Shown here: one piece after another, positions 26,673 to 40,980 of the stretch
Position numbering within the stretch: position 1 is the stretch's first letter
Layout of the letters: each line of letters begins with the position of its first letter
Origin: Eledone cirrhosa
Taxonomy: Eukaryota
DNA: 64,000 nucleotides
Reading direction: 5' to 3'
Assembly: GCA_964016885.1 (NCBI GenBank)
Contig: OZ024742.1
Span: forward strand, 19,406,001 to 19,470,000
The notes under the pieces: model-generated
What the model saw: only the letters and a program-made list of their open reading frames with translations
What the model was told of the DNA's origin: nothing
Database searches by the model: none
Program-made: the position numbers and the translations under genes

Positions 26673-26955
26673 ACAACCATGCAGAACAACTCCATCGCAG
26701 CTCTGTTGTTCGGCTGGCATCGTCTACACGCGTGTTGCGCAAGTACTGTGAAACAATAAATTTCAACACTTTTTTGCACAGAGATAATATCCATAGGCGA
26801 AACAACAATTGTCACTGCTGGCGCAGCTCATGCTTCCAGGTCTGCAATTCATTCACCCAGTGCCTGGCAGACAAAAAAGTGCTGCCATAAAATGGGTGGT
26901 GCAACCTAACTTTGGTAACTTAATGACCCCGAGCAACGCCGGGCTTTAATGCTAG
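26670..26955 (+). mobile_element. Helitron 3' end (5' boundary uncertain)
   Basis: CCCG-agcaacgc-CGGG hairpin, 8-nt spacer, CTAG (26952-26955) followed by T. Confidence 0.7.
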
Positions 26956-27062
26956 TCGTTGATAAAAAATGTTTGTATTTTAAACTTTGCTTCACGACGT
27001 CTTCTATATACGGATTACATTGAGTTCTTTATACGGTTTAGACCCTACCATTGAGTGGTAGA

Positions 27063-27107
<45 letters not shown>

Positions 27108-27178
27108 TGCTAAACTACAGACCGATTATGTATATACGCTAGCTTGGCCGTATACTAAAGCTTCGTCAATGCTGTACT

Positions 27179-27215
<37 letters not shown>

Positions 27216-27217
<2 letters not shown>

Positions 27218-27402
27218 GGCGGTGGATTGGCAGTATCGGTAGAGGGTCGCACACGATGCTTTGACGTATAGAGTTACGGCCCTTTCCATCCTGAGTTCAA
27301 ATCCCCCCAAGGTTAACTTTGCCTTTCATCCTTACGGGTCGATAAAATAAAGTACCAGTAATGCACTGGGTAATTGATGGCCTTGTGCCAAAAGTAGAAA
27401 CA

Positions 27403-27406
<4 letters not shown>
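27216..27406 (+). mobile_element. tRNA-derived SINE inserted in (TA)n
   Basis: Full-length match to 25751-25940. Confidence 0.85.
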
Positions 27407-27435
<29 letters not shown>

Positions 27436-30400
27436 TTTTTTTTATATATTCATCTTTATTACATTTTCTCAATAAAACACAATAAACTAACAATATTCCA
27501 GTTGATTCTTTTTATAAATGTTTAGATTCATATTTTTAATAATTTCTGGTTTAATTATAAAACCATTCAGTTTAAACTGAAATAAAAATTTAGCTAATTA
27601 CGACTGATTGCGGATGTCTATATAATTACTATAGCAGTCCAGTTATTGTTACTGATGCTGTTTAAGTGAGGCATATATCAACGACCTCAAGATATGACTA
27701 CACTGTCTTCGTTCAAGGTATAATATTTATACTTCAATTATTCTTGATACATATGAATACTCCAGTTTTTTGGACAAGGATTAATCTGAGGGAGATTTGA
27801 CTGATATTTCTAGCTGATCAAAGGGCCATGTCGGGGCTTTAACTCGACACAGTTCATTTCATAATCCTTGGTGTCAGACGTTGTTGAAGGAGTGTTATGG
27901 TGATATTTTTAACACTATCTTTATTCTACCGAATGATTCATATTACACAATCTGAACATACAAAAGGAGCACAACTCTCTAAAATCTTGCTACGTGCTCC
28001 TTCGCTGCAAATGTTACTTACACTATTTAACTAGGATATATTGAAGTGATGTCAGTGAAAATGTTGGCTATTAACCTCTCTAATGGAATCTAGACTGCAC
28101 ACAAAGAACTGTAAAGAAATAAGCTATTGACACTAACGTGATATAAATGTTGTGTTAAATGTTCGACTATTATGTCGATGTAGTTCAGTACTGGTTGACG
28201 CTTACAGAAGTTAACCTAAACAAATTTTCTGATATAATTCTTCTCGTCATTTTCTTATCCAAGGTTTCGACTCAATATTTTAACAAAGACACATTAAAAT
28301 CACTGAAACATTTCTAGTGACCAAATATACTAAGGTGGTCCCATTTACTTAGCCCGAGAGCCACATAACTTCGTATTCTTTTATATATTTCCCAGTATTT
28401 AAAAAATGCTTTGTTATGGCTTACCTGTGTGTGCAAACATTTCATGAAAATATTTCTGTGGGTTGCATATAAAGTATCACTAGATTTTATGTAGTTCGTG
28501 GGCGGCTGTGGTTTAACTAATAGTGAAATAGATATTTGTATTTTAGAAAATATCTATTTACTCAAGCCAGTGGTATAACATCTGGAACCGGAAAAAACTG
28601 GTGATGGTCTCCTATCAAGGTCATAAGGTTCTCATACATTTATAGACACCCTTCCATCAGAATGTTCAACTTTTCATTCAGATATTTGGGCCATAAGGTT
28701 CTGTGACTCCCTTTATATATCAATCTTTCATCTAGATATTCAGTTTATAAGATCTGATCTCCATATTTAATCTTCCATTAAAATGTTTTGGATGTAAGCC
28801 CTTTTTACTTTCGTACATTACTGCTATTTACTTTATCTTCCCCCCTTTTAGCGTTTAACAATCTCTATGGAAATTATTTTGAATTTATGATTCTGTCACA
28901 GCAGCGAAAGATATGATAGTTGAGAGAAAGGAAAGAACGAGCATGTGTAAAGTTCGTGCCTTGTCAAAGGTGATTATTAGTTCAAGTAAAGCGGCTTAGC
29001 TTCAACATAAATCAAAGTCTGATCATGGAAACCAATCAACCGAAAAGATTCAAGATTCGATTCACAGTCTGGAAAATTATTTCCATAAAATATTTTTTTA
29101 TAAATGATCTACTTTCAGTTTACAAGTCTTCATAAAAACGTCTGTCTGTGAGTCGTAAACTTGGAAGTAATAAGATTAAATAACAACCCCACTTAACACT
29201 GAATGGCGAATTGTTAAATATAGATATATAGTATATTCATTAAATTGCTAACTTGTTTCAGACATTAAAACACATAATTAGTGGCGGTATATTACTGTAG
29301 CAAGAATAAGAATTCTATTGAAAATTGAAGTTTTTCCCTCTATATGGAAACCATACAATAATTTTCTCTTATACAAACTTGCTGTCCTTCAGATGTTTCT
29401 TAAACATAAGTAGAACTTCAATCTATGTCACCCAAATTTACGAGAAAATAAATACCGTCTAGACAAACTATAGTTCCATCGTAACTCTTTAAATACCATC
29501 TCACTTTGCTAAACTACACCATTGAAGGACGTTACAAATATGAGACTAACTAAATACTTCAACATATTTTTCACATATATATTATATTCCTAAAGATGAC
29601 TGCAAATAAAGTACTTCACATTATGAATGAGTCAGAAGGAGATACGAGAAAATATGAACTCTATTAACATTTCATATTTTAACAGATGGGCGCCTACATG
29701 GCTGTGTTGTTGAAAGGTTTGCTTCGGAGCTACGTTCCTTTCGGGTTCAACTCCATTGGGTGGTACTTTAGGTGTTTCTATTTTAACATATCCTTGGGTT
29801 GATCAAAACTGCAATACTTCACTCGGCTCAATGCGAACTCTTGGTCCTTTTTGGTGCCTTTAGCACAGTCCTTTTAAATATTTGAGACAGGTTTCTGCTC
29901 TAAGGATAATATCCTCCCCAACAACCTCAGAGGCATTGAAAGATGTAATAGGTATAGCTTTTCCTCTGATTAAGCTTTAAATAAAAATTTAAATTATGTA
30001 TATAGAAGGAATGGGGCAATATAGACTGTCGTTGGGGTTGGACAGGGAATAGATGGAATGGACCTTCAACGGTTTCGACGATGAGTATTCCAGTTGTTCG
30101 ATCAGAAAACAGCCTGCAACTTGATATTAACGTGGGAGAATTCCACAGACACGTGTATCCTTAACGTAATTCACGGTGGAATTCAGCATGATGACAAAGT
30201 GTATGACAAAGCTCACACTTTAAATTACAGGTGCAGTCCATCCGACAGACTTCCAAACAGTTTCCGTTCAGCCAGGCCGGATTTACCATTGTGCTTAGGT
30301 GTGCTTAAACACAGGGTCCCGTTTGCCAGTGAGGGGAGGGGGGGGGTTGACATCTTCCAGCAAAAACATATTTTTACGATGAATTTCTCAAATGTTTGGG

Positions 30401-30777
30401 GCCTCATAACTATCACAGGGCCTCATTTGTCCTAAATCCGGTACTGCGTCTGCCCAATTTTATTCACAAATGCATGGAGCAAGCCGAGGCTACGGTAAAT
30501 GACACTTGACCAGGGTGTCCAGCAGTGGGATTGAACCCGCGTCCTAATGAATGCCAGGCGAACTCCATAACCATTCGGCCAAACAGTATCTACAGGGAAT
30601 ATCGTTATCGATGTTATCTCAAATATCATCATTATCGTTTTCATCGCTTTCATCGCTTTCATCGCCAAGCTAACAATACATTCTAACATCAAAGAATATT
30701 TAACATAGTCAAGACATATCAAACAATGTATTGAAATATATGTTTCATCTTCATACTTTAACCTAAACCAACTTTGT

Positions 30778-31375
30778 CACCACTGCAAATACTACCACAA
30801 CTACAACCACCAAATTACCACTACAACTAGGACCACTACTACAACTACAGCCATTACTTCAACTACGACCATAACTACAACCACCAAATTACCACTACCT
30901 CTACAACCACCACTACAACTACAGCCACTACTACAACTACGACCATAACTACAACCAGCAAGTACTACAACCCACATCACCACCATCACCACAGCTTGTA
31001 CTACCATCACAACCACCACTATCACCACAAACTGTAACACGCCCATCACCGTCACTACCACCACCACCACAACCAGTACCAACCACTACCACATTACCAC
31101 CACACTACCACCACCATCACTACTACACGACCACCACCAACACCACCACCAACAACACCAACACCACCAACACCACCACCAGCACCACAACTCGACCACT
31201 ACACCACCACCACGACCACAACACCACAACTACCACAACCAATACCCCACCACTACCACACTACCACCATCATCACTATTACCACCACCACTACTACCAC
31301 AACTACAACACCACCACCACCACTACAACACCACCACCACTACCACGACCACTCCACCACCACCACCACCACCCA
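30778..31375. repeat. Degenerate (ACC/ACT/ACA)n triplet tract
   Basis: Direct inspection. Confidence 0.9.
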
Positions 31376-31701
31376 TCTAACCATCCCCGCCAGCGGTCAT
31401 TAAATGACGTTCTGTTATAAGATATCCATCATATAAAACTCCTATGATGGAATATTTTCAATGTATCTATGGTTCATTAATGTTATATATCTGATAACTA
31501 CAGGGAAATAAAACATCTTTGTACTGCTTACTATAGATATGTTTCGTCTTGATAGTTTCGTCTACTTATCTAGCTTACCATATCTCTGTTGGCTCTCAGC
31601 TGTGTGTTGTTTACCCATGGGTGATGTTGCTGATGGTGAATGAATTCTCTCCTCCCACACACATACACATTCATACAATTATATACACCTATACACACAC
31701 A

Positions 31702-31748
<47 letters not shown>

Positions 31749-32479
31749 GTGCTTAGTAAACACTCAATATTTTCAACATTGATATTTTCCATATATATAT
31801 GCTGTTGGTTTATATGTATATATATATATACATACCTTACCTTACTACCTTGTCCCTCCAGCTGATGTACTACAGAATATATACCCCCCACCCCTACAAT
31901 ATATATATATATATACACACACATGCATATATATATATATTTATTTATAATTTAAATAAATATATATACATATATATATACATACATATATATACACACA
32001 CTTATATACACACATGTATGAATAAATATATGTATATATACATACACCTATACAAAACATACATACATTGAATAACGTGACAAAAGAGTTTGTATCTCTG
32101 AAGAGGGACCAGGCTGCGCTTCTTCCTCATACATTGGAGGCTGTCCAAGGAATGCTTCTAATACCATGTACGCAGATCTTGGTAACACGATATTGCATCT
32201 AAAATCCTCTCTTTGTCTTGCTGCTTCTATCCCAGTAAAGGCAATTCTCAGTAAACCAGTCCTTGATTTCCTTAATCTTGGTGATACAGTTACAGAGGAA
32301 TTACGTAGTAAGAATTGTTTCTAGTGTCCCTGCGTCTACAGTAAGGTGTTCAGGCTCATTTCGGGTGTGTTGCTGAAATAACTCCTGCAGTTCTTCAACA
32401 GATAAAATTTTACTTAATAAACACTCAATATTTTCAACATTGATATTTTCCATTCTTCTTTTATCAGCTGACTAAACAA

Positions 32480-32745
32480 TGGGGTCGATAAAATAAAGTA
32501 CCAGTAATGCACTGGGTAATTGCTGGCCTTGTGCCTAAAGTAGAAACAATTATTGGTGTTGGCAGTATCGGTAGAGGGTTGGACGCCATGCTTTCTAGCA
32601 TAGTTACGTCCCTTTACAGTCTGAGTTCAAATCCCGCCGAGGTTAACTTTGCCTTTCATCCTTACGGGGTCGATAAAATAAAAGTACCAGTAATGTACTG
32701 GGTATTTGCTGGCCTTGTTCCTAAAGTAGAAACAATTATTGGTAT
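32480..32745 (+). mobile_element. SINE with a preceding partial tandem copy
   Basis: ggggtcgataaaataaagtaccagtaatg...gtagaaacaattattggt occurs twice. Confidence 0.8.
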
Positions 32746-33108
32746 ATATTGGTACTATTTTTTTTTTTTGTCCTGTAACTCCTGATGGTGTCGTAGGGGC
32801 ACAGTATTGGCATACAGTGTTTTGGGGCATTTCTTAAGCCTAGAAGAGCCCAACCCTCTCTAGGCCTATTAGTAATATTACTTGTGTCAAATTCCAAGAC
32901 GTATTTTCCTCTTTCTAACCATAGCTTCTTCCAAATTCTTCTCAAACATTTCTCAGTTATTCTATCCCAGGATACTTCGATATTATATATGGCGGTTTTA
33001 CAAAAGTTTTACTTAGCGATTAGTTTTATCACCACGTTGTTGGAAAGGTACAAAGGTAGAAAGGTGATAGGACTTGACCTTATAAATCACAGACTAGTCT
33101 TTCTCCTA

Positions 33109-33154
<46 letters not shown>

Positions 33155-33157
<3 letters not shown>

Positions 33158-33295
33158 CAAAGAAAGTGTGGTAAGGAAACGGGTGGACCATAACGCACCA
33201 GAGTACTCGATACTTAGGGTAGTAGAGTGAGTAGTTCGGATCTAGCTGTCGAAACGGCCGGAGCTCAGCCGTCGGGGTCCTGACGCTTTCCCTAT
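33155..33295. mobile_element. Rearranged copy of the palindrome-plus-tail family (inverted tail joined to one arm)
   Basis: Tail is the reverse complement of 43695-43768; arm matches 36025-36085. Confidence 0.6.
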
Positions 33296-33315
33296 ATACA
33301 TATATATATATATAT

Positions 33316-33444
33316 ATATTCATTTTATTAAGGCTAAATAGTGGGTCTTTTAGTCTGGAGTTTCGCCTGTTTGATTACCCTTCGATAAACAGGAGAAAAT
33401 CCAGAGAAACGAGGCTTGCTATTTAGCCTTTATAAAATGAATAT
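33316..33444. repeat. Degenerate foldback palindrome with gtattgagtac tail
   Basis: atattcatttta.taaggctaaatag.../...ctatttagcctttataaaatgaatat; tail motif shared with ~23772, ~43708, ~44146. Confidence 0.6.
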
Positions 33445-33498
33445 TAAAACTCTACTTCGGTATTGAGTACTTTTTACTCTCAGCCGTCAACTATATAC

Positions 33499-33533
<35 letters not shown>

Positions 33534-33723
33534 AAGAGATAAATGTCAGTGACTTCGAAGTTACTCCGATGATGAATTCAACCTTTTGCCTGTAAAAAAA
33601 ATAAAATCATATATTCTACTTAGAAGTATAGAACGATTTTTCGAGTAACGTTTGATAAAACACTAGCATTAATATTAGTGTGTGTGTGTGCAGCACATAA
33701 GTAAAATAGTTGCAGACACACAT

Positions 33724-33762
<39 letters not shown>

Positions 33763-34105
33763 CCTACACAGTTCACAGATATGCTAGCATATTTATAAAT
33801 ACACACAATTACATTAGCATGTGTCTCTGTTTAAATATGGAACAGTTTTCTTTTCATATGAGTGTATACGTGTATATTTGTGTGTATGTGACTGCGTCTA
33901 TTTATATATATATATGTGCGTGTGTCTGTATGGTGTGGGGTGTATGGCTATTTTGTGTGTGTGTGTGTACATTAAAGAAACACCTACGTAGAATATAGAA
34001 ACCCTACTTAGATATATTTGTGAGTGTATATACTTTCATAAACATAAATACTATATACATTAATATATATATATACATAAATATATATATATATAATACG
34101 TAGTT

Positions 34106-34176
<71 letters not shown>

Positions 34177-34182
34177 ATATTA

Positions 34183-34283
<101 letters not shown>

Positions 34284-35143
34284 AAAACATGTATGTTAAC
34301 AGCTGAATTATATAATCCTAACTTGATGATCAGAGATATACATACATATGTATATACATTAGAATGCCTTAATATTTCTAAACGTGTATGTATGTTAGCT
34401 GTTGAACTATATAACCCTAACCCTAACCCATATTTATCTCTATATATACATTCATATACGTTTGTGTCTCTGTACGCATCTAAATATATTACCATAGCTG
34501 TATACATAGACATATAAGTAAGTTATTGACTGAATTATGTAACTTTAAGTTAATGATCAGCTGTATATTATTTTAATCCTAGATTCAAATGTGTTCAGTC
34601 TAATGTGATGGTCTATGCTTGCAAGAAACACTGAGGCTTTCATAACCTCAAACCCAATACACTAAACGTTGCTATGGCAACTGAATAAACATATACTATA
34701 TAATGAAGTCAGATACTTGTGAAAAATAAAAAGAAAACTCCATTATATCAACATATAAAAGTGCTGGTAACACAATTGAAATGGCGCAGACAGAACTGGG
34801 AAAATAAGATCAATTTACAAAGTTCCTTGAACGCCCTTTCCTTTAAATTCACCAAACCCAAAACCTTGATTGATAATTTTAATAATCTTACTATTTAACC
34901 CTTTTTATATCAAACTACCTAAAACCACTCTTGGCTCTTATGACAGAACACTTCCCATAATTGTTATGTAAGGCCTTTTTGTCAAGTAATGTTTTTGAGC
35001 ATATAGTCTTTGAAATCACAAAATACACTGAGTTTTTTGTTTCATAGCTGCCATTTTGTTAGTGAAAATTACAACTACTTCCTGTAGAAGGGAAAATATA
35101 AAACATGTTCAGAAAAACTTTAAACTTGAAATTTATAAATTAA

Positions 35144-35366
35144 CCCTTTAGCATTTGCATTACTCTCGCTATATATATACTATTATATTTTCAAAGTAAA
35201 GGCTTTACCTCACATAGTTATCTCCCATGATATCAAATCAATGAGATTTTAATATTATTTATTTTGAGAACAATACCTTAATATCAGTCTGACTGGTTAC
35301 AGTCGGTATGAACAGAAAGAGGAGAGAGAATTCTGGCCGGATATGGCCAGTTTAAATGTTAAAGGG
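35144..35366. mobile_element. piggyBac-type MITE
   Basis: TTAA|CCCTTTAGCATTT ... AAATGTTAAAGGG|TTAA: 13-bp TIR (12/13), TTAA duplication, CCC/GGG ends. Confidence 0.8.
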
Positions 35367-35965
35367 TTAAGACAATGAAAAAGTAAAATCTCAAATAGTA
35401 TCCGTGATATGGTATTTTATAATCAGGGAAAGACTTTATGCCCTCTCAACTTTACCTTTTCACCCTTCCGGGGTCGATATAATCAGTACTAATCAAGTAC
35501 TATTTCGAAGTAACCAATTTTCCCTTTTCCCAAATGATTTGCCTTGCGCCAATGTTAAAATGAATTATTATTGGAATTAAATATTGTCTGTTGGTATTTT
35601 AGACGTTGTGTTTATTATCCAAGCACATATCTCTTAGTATCTGAACTGACTACAGCTGTCACTAACAATCGAGAGGGATTTGATGTCAGCCTGTACCATG
35701 CTTTTGGTAATGGTTTTAGACGACCACATAGTCGCATATAGGCAATGACACTCTCTCACCCATGATTGAGTGTAAGATCCAGAATACAATTTGGTGGGAA
35801 GATGGCAGAACCAGCACCGGGCTGGTACATTCTTTATAAACACTGGATTTTTTAAAAGTCTTAAATATATATACCGAACCTAACCTCTGGACTAAGTGCT
35901 CTACTTACTACGGATATAACCTCCCGGTTTTCTACGACAATATATATATATATATATATATATAT

Positions 35966-36160
35966 GAAAAGAGTCGGGACTCCGATGGCCGAGGCCCGGC
36001 CATCTCGATAGCCAGATCTGAATTGTTCGGATCTGGCTGTCGAGACGGCCGGGGCTCTGCCGTCGGGGTCTTGACTCTTTTCCTATTACCCACTCTACTA
36101 CTCTCTCTAAGTATCAAGTACTCTGGTGTGTTATGGTTCACCTGGTATTACCACACCTTC
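35966..36160 (+). mobile_element. Palindrome-plus-tail element between (TA)n tracts
   Basis: gaaaagagtc...gactcttttc arms followed by cccactctactactc...agtactctggtg tail; same family as 43578-43768. Confidence 0.7.
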
Positions 36161-37487
36161 TATATATATATATATAGACTTATTTTATTTTGTTATCTGT
36201 TATACATAAACATATTATGTCAATTATATTTTACAGACAGAAGTTATACAATGATGGAAATATTTTTTTTTAAAAAGACGAAAACAAAATTAAGTAACGA
36301 TAAAAAGGGTGAAGAGGTAAAGAAGGGCAGATATGGTTGTATAGGAAAGTAAAGTAAAGGACTATATAATTACTGACAAAGTGGATCTCGGCGGGATTTG
36401 AGCGCGGAGAACCAGAACAACTATTGCAACGCCTTCTATCTGTCTTCTTCACAACTAAAGTAAACTATAAATATAGATATTACACCGCAGGGTGATATTA
36501 CACTACAGGGTGAAGACAATATATCAGTGTAATGTCATTGAAAACCGTTTCCCTAGCTGTTAGTACTAAGGTCATCTGTTCCATTGTCTACAGCTTGGTC
36601 GTTTTATAACAAATAAATTAACTTTCCTAGATATATATTTTCGAGATACCCTACATGAGAATGGAGTGGTAAGTAGGGCTCCTATTGAGATATGAAGGAT
36701 AATCATTTCCGTTCGTATTTGCCTTAAAAATAGCTTATACTCCCTACACGCCACCTAAATATCCTAACTTTAAATTAGTTAAACCACTAATGATGTCATA
36801 TGTTTCACATCCCTTGTTACGGTTACATGGGAGACTGTCTCCCTAGCCATTACCATTAATTCTAAGAAAACGGGGAAACATTGAGTTTATTTTAAACGTG
36901 TCTGGAATATAAGAGTTGAAGACATGTACAGATGGTAGCTATGGAGGCAGAGTACATGACTCATTCTTGGTGAAAGGAACAAACACCTCTCTTCCTCAAT
37001 ATATATCTGTATATATGTAAATATGTGTCTGTGTGTGTATGAGTTTGTGTGTGTATAGGTATGCATGTATATATTCGTGTGCAACTATAGTCACACATGA
37101 ATATACGTAATTATATATATATATATACGGACAGAAGTAAAAACTAGATTATTATATATATATATATGTGTGTATATATATAGAGAGAGAGAGATAGGTA
37201 GGCAGATAGGTAGGTAAGTAGGTAGATAGATCTATGTGTATATATACAGATACATAGATAGATACACATAAAAGCTAGACAGACCAACATATATACATAA
37301 TAGGCAGATAGATTGGTAGATATAAACAATTGATATAGCAACAATATAATATTAATTGGTGTCGACATGATGTTAATCAACAGTCTTTTACTGTTTACAT
37401 GGAAAACGGAGAATTGGCAAAGATTTATTTTAAGTCTTCAATAATGTTTAAATAATGGGATTCTGTGCCACTTTCACCATATATTAA

Positions 37488-38290
37488 TCTATATATATAA
37501 ATGGCAATTTCTGTCTGTTTGTTTGTGAACCTAAAACTCAGAAACTACCAAACTGATCTTGAGGAAGAAACTTGACACGTGTGTGGGGTTCATGCCCATT
37601 TGATCTTACGTATATTTTAATCAAAGGGTTCCCCGGTGGCTCAAACCCCCGCTGAAAATATTTTCCCTTCGATTTATATGAAATTTAAACCATAGGTAAA
37701 TGACAAGATATGATGCCTATTCACAAAATTTCAGCAAATTTCAATAATATTAAAACACCCTAATGGGGGTTAAACCCCCTATAGTGAAAACTTTGGCCAA
37801 TAAATGGAACAAGATTTCACGAACTCCTCCTATGGTTTTGGAGATAGACCCCCGTAACCATATATATTCTGAAACTACATTGTCCAGAGTACTTGTATAA
37901 GTTTATTTTATTTTAATCAAAGGGTTCCCCGGGGCACAAAACCCCCGCTGAAATTTTTTTCCCTTCGATTTATATGAAATTTAAACCATAGGTAAATGAC
38001 AAGATATGATGCCTATTCACAAAATTTCAGCAAATTTCAATAATATTAAGAAACCCTATTGAGGGTTCTATTTTTTTCCTTATAGCAACACTCAACTTCT
38101 CTAACAAACATTTTTTCACCTGACCAATGCAAACAATATTTGTTTGTATTATTGTTTCGTAAATGAATTTGTCTTCGCTTTTGATTATCTCTCCTATATT
38201 TTGGTTTCATTTTTGGTCTGAGAGGCATTGGGCATTTTAATGGGAACTGGGAATACCCCCGGTCCGGGTATAACCGGGTACCTAAGCTAG
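37488..38290 (+). mobile_element. Non-autonomous Helitron (~800 bp) with an internal ~150-bp duplication
   Basis: A|TCTATATATATAAATGGC...tctgtctgtttgtttg 5' end; CCCGG..CCGGG hairpin then CTAG|T 3' end; no TSD; ~37613-37760 repeated at ~37911-38058. Confidence 0.8.
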
Positions 38291-38445
38291 TTATATAGAA
38301 GTGAAGCCACATAGCAACATTGGATAGATATTTATTTATTTAATCAATTTAAACGTCCGTATAGAGCTAGTAAGCCATGACAGACTAAGGTTGTCTATTT
38401 TTATAGTTGTAAAAAAAAAAAAAAGATATACAGATGTAAGTGAAT

Positions 38446-38702
38446 TTCTTCATCATCTTCTTCTTCTTCTTCTTCTTCTTTTTCTTCTTTTTCTTCTTCA
38501 TATTTCTTCTTCTTTTTCTTCTTTTTCTTCTTTTTCTTCTTTTTCTTCTTTTTCTTCTTTTTCTTCTTTTTCTTTTCCTGCTTTTTCTTCTCTCCCTTTT
38601 CCTTTTCTTTTTCTTCATATTTCTTCTTCTTTTCCTTATTTTTCTTTTTCTTCTTTTTCTTCATATTTATTCTTTTTCTTCTTCTTCTTCTTCTTCTTCT
38701 TC
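38446..38702. repeat. (TTC)n/(TTTTCTTCT)n polypyrimidine tract
   Basis: Direct inspection. Confidence 0.9.
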
Positions 38703-38993
38703 GCCAATCTGCAAAGTTCTGAGAACGTTATAGGCACTGCTCCTTCTTCCTAGTAGAGTCGATTAAAAGTCGTACAACGCAAGACTATTTAACATAAGCA
38801 GCCACTTCTGAATTTAGTTGCATCCTTCACCTTCACTTTTGTATGTTTGTATGTGTGTGTGTCTGTGTGTGAGTGTATGTGTGTGGGTATTTCTATATGT
38901 GAGTATCTATGTCTGTGTGTATATATATGTGTGTGTATGGGTAGGTGTAAGTATTTGTATGTGTGAATACTTATGTAAGTATGTGCGTATATA

Positions 38994-39026
<33 letters not shown>

Positions 39027-39671
39027 GTATGAATATGTGGGTATGTGTTGGTACGTATATGTGTATGTGTGAGTACCTATGTATACATATATATGTATGT
39101 GTATATGTGTTCAGAACGATGTCTCTTATCCCTTCTTTTCCTTTATCTACTCTGTCTCTCTCAAATTGTCTTTCTCCTTCAACTTCTAAACAAATCTACT
39201 TAATAAGAGAAGACGTAGCAGACATGATGATGTTTGTGTGGTAAAGCTCTCCACCGGAGATGTAGCTAGAATTGCAATCTCTATTCCTCCTCATATAGGT
39301 TTATAATTGGTGGCCGTCACACTAAAAATACTGTCGCATTGATATTAATAAATCCTAAGAGCCAATTGATATAAAGTGTTGAAAAGAGAATTGATGAATC
39401 AATTAAATAACAGAGAGAAGAAGTATGGGAGTAAGAGAGGAGATATATGAGCAATGGTGTCGGAAATGTTGCTGTTTCATACAGAAATAGCAAGTCTCTA
39501 CTATATTATATCATACATCATTTTTCTTTATTTATCCGTTTCTCAAGAGGCCTTTAGAAAATGGTGGGACCGTTGTAAAAAGTCGGTAAACTATTTAACA
39601 TGGCCGTTTTCTTCTTCTTCTTCTTCTTCTTCTTCACCGCCGTCGTCGTCGCCTACTTCTTCGCCTTCTTC

Positions 39672-39848
39672 ATTGGCAGTATCGGTAGAAACCATGCTTC
39701 ACAGCATAGAGTTACGTCCCTTTATGGTCTGAGTTCAAATCCCGCCGAGGTTAACTTTGCCTTTCATCCTTACGGTGTCGATAAAATAAAGTACCAGTAA
39801 TGAACTGGGATAATTGCTGGCCTTGTGCCAAAAGTAGAAACCATTATT
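39672..39848 (+). mobile_element. tRNA-derived SINE
   Basis: Match to the family consensus. Confidence 0.8.
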
Positions 39849-39854
39849 TATGGG

Positions 39855-39960
39855 AGGTTCGTTAGGGCAGGGTCTTTAAACACTCCTTCCAGTGGGTCTT
39901 GTCAGAAGCAACACAGCCGTATTCAGTTGATCCAGCTGGATCCCCAAGTGAGACCAGTGG
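39855..39960 (-). mobile_element. RTE LINE 3' fragment
   Basis: Reverse complement resembles 11690-11790 (ggtctcacttggggatc.agc.ggatca...gttgcttctgaca.gaccc). Confidence 0.6.
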
Positions 39961-40264
39961 AACTTAAACTTAATATGTCTCCTACTAATGTTCATATGAC
40001 GGTCTCAAATCTGTTCAGTTATCAGCAGAAATATTAGAACCAAGGTTTCAATTGAAGAATGGTTCGTTCAGGTTACATATCTGGTTGAATTGAATTAAAA
40101 TTCAGTTGAAATTAACCTCGAATTCAGCTGTACTGCGATATATGTTTAGTTTATTTACTGTGATATGTGTTTTAAATATAATCACCAATGACGTAATTAT
40201 TAATTCATTTATTTTTCCAAGGACTTTGAATGCTTGATAGCATCATAGGGGCGCTATTGTGAAA

Positions 40265-40980
40265 TAATCGTTTCTACTTTTGGCACCAGTGCATTACTGG
40301 TACTTTATTTTATCGTCCGTAAGGATGAAAAGCAAAATTAACCTCGATGGGATTTGAACTTAGAATGCCAGGGCCTTAACGCTATGCGTCAAAGCATGGC
40401 GTCCGACCCTCTACCGATACTGCCAATCCACCGCCATCGTGAAATAATGCAAATCTTTAGACATTTTGGGGCATTTTAAATCAAGATATTGGTGAGATGA
40501 AACCCTCCTGTGGTAAAAAAAGAATAATTGACAGTGATTTACTCAGAGAGAGAGGGGGCGGAGAGACAGAAAGTGGGAGGGAGAGAGATAAAGAGTGGGG
40601 AGGGTAAAATATTTTAATAACTTAGCCACCACAGCTGAACGATTCTGAATTTTTATTACTCCATTATTATCCTGGTAGTATCGGTAGAGCGCCGAACATC
40701 TTGTTTTGCGGCATAGAGTTACGGCGCTTCAGGTTCTGAATTCAAATCTCGCCGAGGTTAGTTTTGCCGTTCATCTTTAAAGTACCAGTAATGCACTGGG
40801 GTCGATTTAATCGACTTTTCCCTTCACTTCAAATTATTGGCCTTGTACCAAATGTAGAAGCACTTTCTGGGTTCAAATCCCGTCGAGGTTGACGTTGCCT
40901 TTCGTACTTCCGTGATCGATAAATCAACTTCCCCTTAACACCAAAATTAATGGCCTTGTCCCTATATTAAAAATCAATAT
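40265..40980. mobile_element. SINE cluster (- at 40265-40436; + at ~40670-40980)
   Basis: Matches to the family consensus. Confidence 0.7.

Noticed and set aside
26414-26890. 158-aa ORF with internal repeat
   Set aside because: Produced by a ~100-bp tandem duplication plus Helitron-end sequence; no recognisable domain.
30801-31375. Mucin-like poly-Thr or poly-Val coding region
   Set aside because: Frame shifts within the tract and no convincing splice sites; simple repeat.
34412-34429. (TAACCC)3 telomere-like repeat
   Set aside because: Only three units within a degenerate local repeat; not evidence of a telomere or fusion.
38385-38753. Poly-Lys/Arg and poly-Phe/Ser ORFs
   Set aside because: Translations of a TTC-rich simple repeat.
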